DNA of 64,000 nucleotides from Plasmodiophora brassicae (Eukaryota): NCBI GenBank assembly GCA_036867785.1, contig CP145413.1, positions 744,001 to 808,000 of the forward strand, read 5' to 3'. Shown piece by piece: positions 58,091 to 64,000 of this stretch (position 1 is its first letter; each line of letters starts with the position of its first letter). The notes under the pieces were generated by a model. It saw only the letters and a program-made list of their open reading frames with translations, ran no database searches and was not told where the DNA came from. The position numbers and the translations under genes were made by a program.

Positions 58091-58285
58091 TAACCGGCTG
58101 CAAAAGTGGGATGCAAAAATGGCTGCAGACCTTGCAGCCTTTTTTGCAGCCGATCTGACGCCAGTGCCCATGCCGTCCGGCCTTCCCGCATGCCGTACGG
58201 ACTCTCCTCGTCTTAGGGCTGCCTCTCCTAGATGCTATTCTTGGTATCTCTGGCTGCGACAGGGCATGCTGCACTGCTCCACCGT

Positions 58286-59641
58286 CTACAGTACCTGTTG
58301 CAGATGGGTGTCATGTTTTGTTTCAAGAACGAGTTCAAGGTCGCACTCAAGTGCCAATGGAAGCTCCCCGACGCGATTCAGATGGTCCTTATGCATATGT
58401 GGCAACGGATAGTCGTTACCGCCATTTGCCTGCATAATGGCGATCATACACTCTTGATGAGTCAGGAAGACCTTATTCAAGGTATCAGACGACACCGCGT
58501 CGAATGATGCACGAACAGCATTGACAAGCTGATCCAGGTTAGTGGGAGCTTCGGTATACTGCAGTGATTGGATAGACTTGAAGTAGCCTAGATCCAACAC
58601 GTTCAGATCAGGGCTATTCGGTGGTTGCCTGCGGATCCGTATATCGAGGCCAGTCGCCCTAACGGCCTCGCGAAACTCCTCACCGCTGTTGTTAATGTGA
58701 CAGATCGCGCCGTCCAATTGCGACCATAGTGTCTCCTGAGCATGAGCTTTCGGCCATTTCGACGCAATGGCAGGTAGAAGTTAGTCGACAACTTTACGCC
58801 GAAAGACATCTTTGGTTATGGACTTAACGCACTTCGTTTCAACAGTACCAGATGGCCGGTTCTTGCTGCTTCGGCGCGCGGTTTGCTGCTCAACGAAAGG
58901 GAAGCATCCGATCTTCCCGTCAAACCAAGTGCCGTTAACATAATCCAGACGGGGACGAGCAACCGCCACTAGGAACATCGCATGCGTGAGATAGTTAATG
59001 TTGGTCGAAGTTCGACATGGATCATCCTCCCCCGGGGCCATGTAGTAGCTCGAACTCGTCTCCGTCATATTGAACTGCTTTTCGTCGGCGTGGATGAGAT
59101 TGGACATGTCACAGAAGTGTGGTGTTCCGAGCAACGTGCTGGTTGCATCGACGAAACGTACGCAATAGAGCTGCCGCAGCAGTTTGTGAAACGGCGTCAC
59201 ATGCGGTTTGAGCCGAACGCTGTGATGCACGATGCACCCTTCTTTAACGCGGCGGCTGACAGTGGAGACGGGCATGGCGAGTGCGCCGGCAAGCGCCCTT
59301 ATACTCTTTCGACGACTGTGCGGGATTGCCATCAGCACACCAGGATCGACCAGATTTTTTGCTCGTCCAGCATGGCCACGCTTCCTCGACTTTACGTTGG
59401 CCATTCGCGCGCCGGTATCGAGAGATTCCATCGCTCGAGCCCAGATACGACTCACCGTCGCGACTGAGACTTCGAAAACCCGGGCTGCCTCGCTCATGCG
59501 GCCGTGGTCTAGCCGCCACTCTCCGTCGCAGTACTGTAAGAGATATTCGTACACCTCCTGTCTCTGGTCGTTGGTCAGATTGGGTCTGCGGTTGGTCCCC
59601 TGGACACGACGTTCAGGTGCTGGAGCTTCGGGGAACGACAT
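58286..59641 (-). pseudogene. Mariner DD39D transposase with one frameshift near 58720-58780
   Basis: IHADEKQF; MFLVAVARPR..WFDGKIGCFPF; QLDGAICH..PPNSPDLNVLD, with 39 residues counted between the second and third Asp. Confidence 0.93.
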
Positions 59642-59994
59642 GCAGCCTCCACGCAGTTCGAAGCGCCCGCCAAAAAAATTTCAAATTTGCAAAAGAAGTG
59701 GTACGGAGGAAGTACTTTTTTAGAATTGCGGTTTTAGTTAAAAAATTATACAAAAATTATTTAAAATTTTAATACAAAACTTATAGCAGAAATGCAAAGA
59801 GTCCGTAATGGCCCGCGTTGGAGACACGCCTGCGGACAGGTCCGATTTTGCTGACGACCCTTTGCGAAACGACGGCGGACGGACAAGTCTCCCTTGTCCA
59901 ACATCGTAATGGCCATGTACGACGAAGAAAGTGAAAATGTGATCACAGACGACGACGACAACGCGGGAAAGGAGATCTGACGGTTCGCTGCGAG

Positions 59995-60254
59995 AAGGAA
60001 CTGCACGAGTACCTTCAACTCGGTGTTAAGCTAAGTCCCGATAAGCAGCACGACATACTACTGTGGTGGCAAAGGCATCATAAGCAGTACCCTTTTCTTT
60101 CGAGAGTTGCCCGGCAAGTTCTATGCATTCCCGCGTCAAGTTCAAAGTCAGAATGCAATTTCTCTGACGCTGGCAACCTGGTACAAAACGCCGATCGCAG
60201 CTGAAACCAATAACGGTGAATGACGCGTTGTTTCTGCCTTCCAGCCTCAAATAG
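59995..60254 (+). pseudogene. hAT transposase C-terminal dimerisation domain
   Basis: Manual translation: KELHEYL...DILLWWQRHHKQYPFLSRVARQVLCIPASSSKSECNFSDAGNLV. Confidence 0.85.
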
Positions 60255-60746
60255 CGCAAAACAACGACGGCGTAGTCAATAAAATCGGGCGAGTTACAGG
60301 TGGAACGATAGGGGCACTGGACGGGTACGGGTGGGTACGGGTGCGCGACCGGATGAAACCACGGGGGTGCTCCAACGGTAGGACGACGGGTACGGTACGG
60401 TACGTAGGAGCTCCAAAAATAGGCCTTGTGCAAGTTAGTTCGCACCGCGGCTGTTTAGCTAGCCGGGTATCGGCACGAGTGGGACCTGATCAGCTGCTTG
60501 AATCCAAATTTAGTTGTCGAACGAATATCAGTACTCGACCTTCCGAAATAACGTAACAAGCATTAATGCAGGTGAGCTAGTGGGGACCAATATGGTCTAC
60601 TAAACATGCATGCAATATGGATGGACGATATTGAATGTCTGGTGAAATGCTTGGCATCAGCGCGCGAACTAGGTGGTCTAGCAACGTGTTGGCCCGGTAG
60701 ATTCATGAGAATCTACCGGCACGCGCACAGTCATATCACGCCGCCT

Positions 60747-63366
60747 ATGGAAGGCGTCGAGGCGGTAACGGGGGAATTGCCGGCGCCGTTGCGACCCGAT
60801 CGTGGCGCCACATCGGCCGGCGGCAGCGTCGTATCGGACGTACACGGTGATATGGCCGAGGCACCTGCGCCCGCCTTGCTACAAGGCGACGGCAAGGCCC
60901 CTGTGGAGAGCAGTCCTGAGTTCAAGGTCGGATCTCACCGACATGCGAGTCTGTCGGATGACGCTGTCAAAGTCGACCTGGACCTGGACGCGGACATCCC
61001 ATGGATCCCGCCGGCAACATCGGGCACCCAGTCGTCATCCGATAGTAACCAGACTGGTACTGGCAGCGCAGCGGGAACACAATCACCCGACGCCGCCATT
61101 CATAAGCATCGGCGGTCGTCGTCGTTCAGTGGCGTTACCGAACTGGGTCCGGCAGACGACGATGCGAAAGGCGAACGCGATCGGCCACATTCGGCATCAC
61201 TCAACGATACGAAGCATGACAGCGACAGTGACAGCGAGATCGGCCGTCGAGGGCGGGTGATGGCAGACGGGCTGAAGAAATCGGTCACATTCCATGACTC
61301 GGTGGAATCCCAGACGGACACCGTCATTGACGACAGGGCGTTCTGCGGCCGTGCCAGCCGCCAGTACCGTCAGCTGAGCGCCGACGTCGTCTACACAGCG
61401 TTCGTGGAGTTCATCGAACGCGGGAAACCCTGCCGAATGTTCGTCCGTGAGGGTCTGTTCACTCACCGCAAGATGATGTTCACGTCGCGCAAGCAATTCG
61501 TCCTGCACCTGTTCTCCGACTTGATCTGCTTCTCTGAGAAGGATCGCCGCGGGTACCTGCGCCAGGTTGACAAGTTCCACCTGCGCGATTGTACGGTGTC
61601 CCCATGTGTCAGTGACGAATCGCCGTCGCTGGCCATCACGCATGTACCCAGCCGAAAGACGATCTGCGTCAGCGCCAACCACGTCCATGTGCGAGACCAA
61701 TGGTGCAACGACATACACATGCTGGTCGAATGGTGCCGGAATGGCGAGACGGGCATCATGCCGGTCATACGATCCCCGCAACTGGGTACGTCAGCGCGCC
61801 CACCATGGCATCCCGCGGCACTCATTTCAGCATGCGTTCGCGTCAGAGGTGGCGTTCGCCGCCAGCAACTCTCGATCGATATCGTCGTCGCTACGTAACG
61901 ATCTGATCAGTCGCGCGGCGGCCGTGGTCCCGGCCAACACGTCATCAGGTGGTGGTGGTGGTGGCCACGCGCGCAGCCACAGTGCTGACGTCCCCGAGCC
62001 GCACTATAAGCAGCTGGCCAGGAGCGTGTCCCAGTTAACCAGCGAGCTCAGGCCGCGCTGGAGGCGACGACAGGATAGCTCCGGGCCCGTGCCTGCACCC
62101 GCAATCGCGCCCGCAGCACCCGTGCCCGCCGCACCCGCACCCGCCGCACCCTCAGCCGCACCCGCACCCGCCGCACCCGCACCCGTTGCCGAGCAGCCTG
62201 AATCCGACGCCGATACCGACGCGGACACTGGCGATGACGAGGCCATGGATTCCAACTCGCAGGACCTGGGCGTCATCCCGAAATCACCCGTACGTAGGCG
62301 GTCGTGTGCTGGGACCTGCCCCGACGCCTGACGCTGGAGGGATCCATCCGCCTGTGCAGCTATCCAAACGCTACGAGATGACATGGGCCTATGCCATCGA
62401 CCAGATGAAACTCGTCAAGTCGGCCATGAAGCAGAGGAACGCCGGCGACTACGACCGGATGGACAAGGAGATACAGGTACGCAGGACGTGGATCGCTGAC
62501 GGCGCCGACATGTTGTAACCATGGCCACGCCGCGATGCAGGCTCTTCGAGAGCGTCGCGAGGCGGCCATGAGCGCGCGCGTTGCACACATCAAGAAGGGC
62601 GACTTCCTATACGTACGTACACAGGGGCGCCGGGACCCGCTATTGTGCACGGCCATCTGACATTGGGGTCCCCTGCAGAAGTACGACCGCCAGGGTCAAG
62701 CGTACCTGAGGTTCTACAAGGTCGACGCGGCCGGCGAGACGCTGTCATGGAGCAAACACGGCGGCCCGAGCAGCAACGACCACAGCATCGACCTGGCGTC
62801 GATCGCACAGATCGTGATTGGGCCACAGACCAGACGATTCCGTCGGTACAAGAAGGAGGGCAGGGGTACGCCCTGGCTGTGCTTCTCGCTGATCCCGTAC
62901 GACTCCAGCTCGGCCACGGTCGACATCGAATGCGGCACGGTGGAGCAGTTGGACTGCTGGGTGCTGGGCCTGCAGAGCCTGATCCCGTTATGGCAATCGA
63001 CCCATATCACGCACGGGCAGCTGCTCTGGATACGAACCATGATCAAAGCGGATTACCTGGCGCAAAAGGTCGGTACGACAACGCCTCCATCGCACACGTG
63101 ACGCGCCCTGAAACGTGTCGTTAACCGGTTGTGTGCAGCGTGGCCTGGGTACCCGATCGGAACTCTTCCAACGCCTGGAGGTACAGCCGATCCCGCCGCC
63201 CACCTCCCGAACAAAGACGACGTTCGATCCGCGTGCTGTCCCATCCGGGTACCTGGGGCTGTCGTCCAAGAGGATCCTGTCCATGTCGTCGAGCAGCGCA
63301 TCCTTGATGAACCGAACCAGGACGCTATCGAATTCTCTGCAGAACCACGAGCCGATCCCCGAATAA
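60747..63366 (+). CDS. Host multi-exon gene: protein with two PH-like domains
   Basis: FVLHLFSDLICFSEK...VRDQWCNDI and KKGDFLY/KYDRQG...FYKVD..TLSW...CFSLI...LDCWVLGLQSL; short GT-AG introns near 61786-61830, 62290-62359, 62477-62540, 62613-62678, 63070-63138; start and exon ends approximate. Confidence 0.8.
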
Positions 63367-63569
63367 GACGGTACGACGGCGTCCAGGCTGCTCCTGCTAG
63401 TGCTGGCCGGGGTGCACCCTGCTCTAGTATTGCACATGTATGTACAATATAATATATATATGCCAGGTTTGTGCCGGGGGGCGCATACGCACGCTACATG
63501 TACAGGATTCCCGTGCTAGGAATCGAATCAGCCGCCATGCAGGAACTCAGCCCGTCATGGCAGCACAGG

Positions 63570-64000
63570 CTATTGTTGCCTATCGGTATTACCATTCGCC
63601 GGCAGAGGTGGCCGGACAGCCGCGGTAGGGCCGATCGCCCTCATGCTGGCGGACAGGTCGGCCAGGGCAGCCTCAATGCGTCTCAGCGCTCCGTCCATGT
63701 CGGCCTGCTGCCATGACGATCGGGGCGACGTCGGCAAATACCTGCTCGTCGGCGACAGGTGCTGATGCTGCTGCTGCTGGTCCTGCGTCAGGTGCAGGTC
63801 GCCGAAGATGCGGCGACAGGAGACGGGTGTATGCTTGTGATGACGTCCGTCCACACGGTGGTGCCCCATGCCTAGCGCCGGTAGCGTCTTGGACGCGCCA
63901 TCTGCCAGGTGCCGCCGGCCATCCATCAGGTTCACCTGTCGCTCCATCAGGTGCATCTGATCCTGTAGACGGCGCAGCTGCTGTCGCGCGTACGCGATGA
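63570..64000 (-). CDS. Possible 3' end of a convergent host gene
   Basis: Coding-like ORF ending ...RIEAALADLSASMRAIGP...; no domain recognised. Confidence 0.3.
   Translation of the reverse strand, partial: IAYARQQLRRLQDQMHLMERQVNLMDGRRHLADGASKTLPALGMGHHRVDGRHHKHTPVSCRRIFGDLHLTQDQQQQHQHLSPTSRYLPTSPRSSWQQADMDGALRRIEAALADLSASMRAIGPTAAVRPPLPANGNTDRQQ

Larger units (their letters stand above)
15489..58166 (-). mobile_element. CACTA (En/Spm) transposon with CACTG termini
   Basis: 20-bp TIR CACTGGCGTCAGATCGGCTG at both ends; 3-bp TSD CCC; CTGCAG-rich subterminal repeats (15510-15700, 56630-58150); transposase motifs inside. Confidence 0.92.
15117..59712 (-). mobile_element. Plant-type (DD39D) mariner, about 1.9 kb of own sequence, expanded by nested insertions
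   Basis: Perfect 31-bp TIRs CTTCCTCCGTACCACTTCTTTTGCAAATTTG (15117-15147, 59682-59712), TA on both sides, Stowaway-like terminal motif, transposase inside. Confidence 0.92.
14901..60429 (+). mobile_element. hAT DNA transposon remnant, outermost layer of the nest (own sequence about 14901-15116 and 59715-60429)
   Basis: (A)CGGGT/GGTAC repeats near 14901-14940 and 60320-60405; hAT dimerisation domain near 59995-60254; AT-rich intron-like tract split by the mariner. Left terminus not found. Confidence 0.55.

Overview
Eukaryotic, GC-rich, short-intron DNA; a phytomyxid-like protist is my unverified inference. About 60 kb is a nested transposon cluster, and it ends at an intron-containing host gene with two PH domains (~60.7-63.4 kb). 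Matching terminal repeats and target-site duplications (TSDs) give the nesting. A hAT remnant contains a DD39D mariner (15117-59712), which contains a CACTG-terminated CACTA element (15489-58166). That element contains an intact Copia, two near-identical chromodomain Ty3/Gypsy copies with 87-bp self-priming LTRs, an 8-bp-TSD DNA element with further insertions, a PIF/Harbinger derivative and a solo LTR. The most unusual system is a Copia family and its satellites: (1) four different LTR families share a 14-nt primer-binding site (PBS) complementary to the anticodon arm of tRNA-Asn, implying half-tRNA-Asn priming; (2) one of them is a miniature LTR element whose LTR contains a complete tRNA-like cloverleaf followed by a T5 run; (3) that mini-element is fused to a truncated Copia inside a single 5-bp TSD, pointing to its autonomous helper. 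All comparisons were made by eye; no database searches were run.
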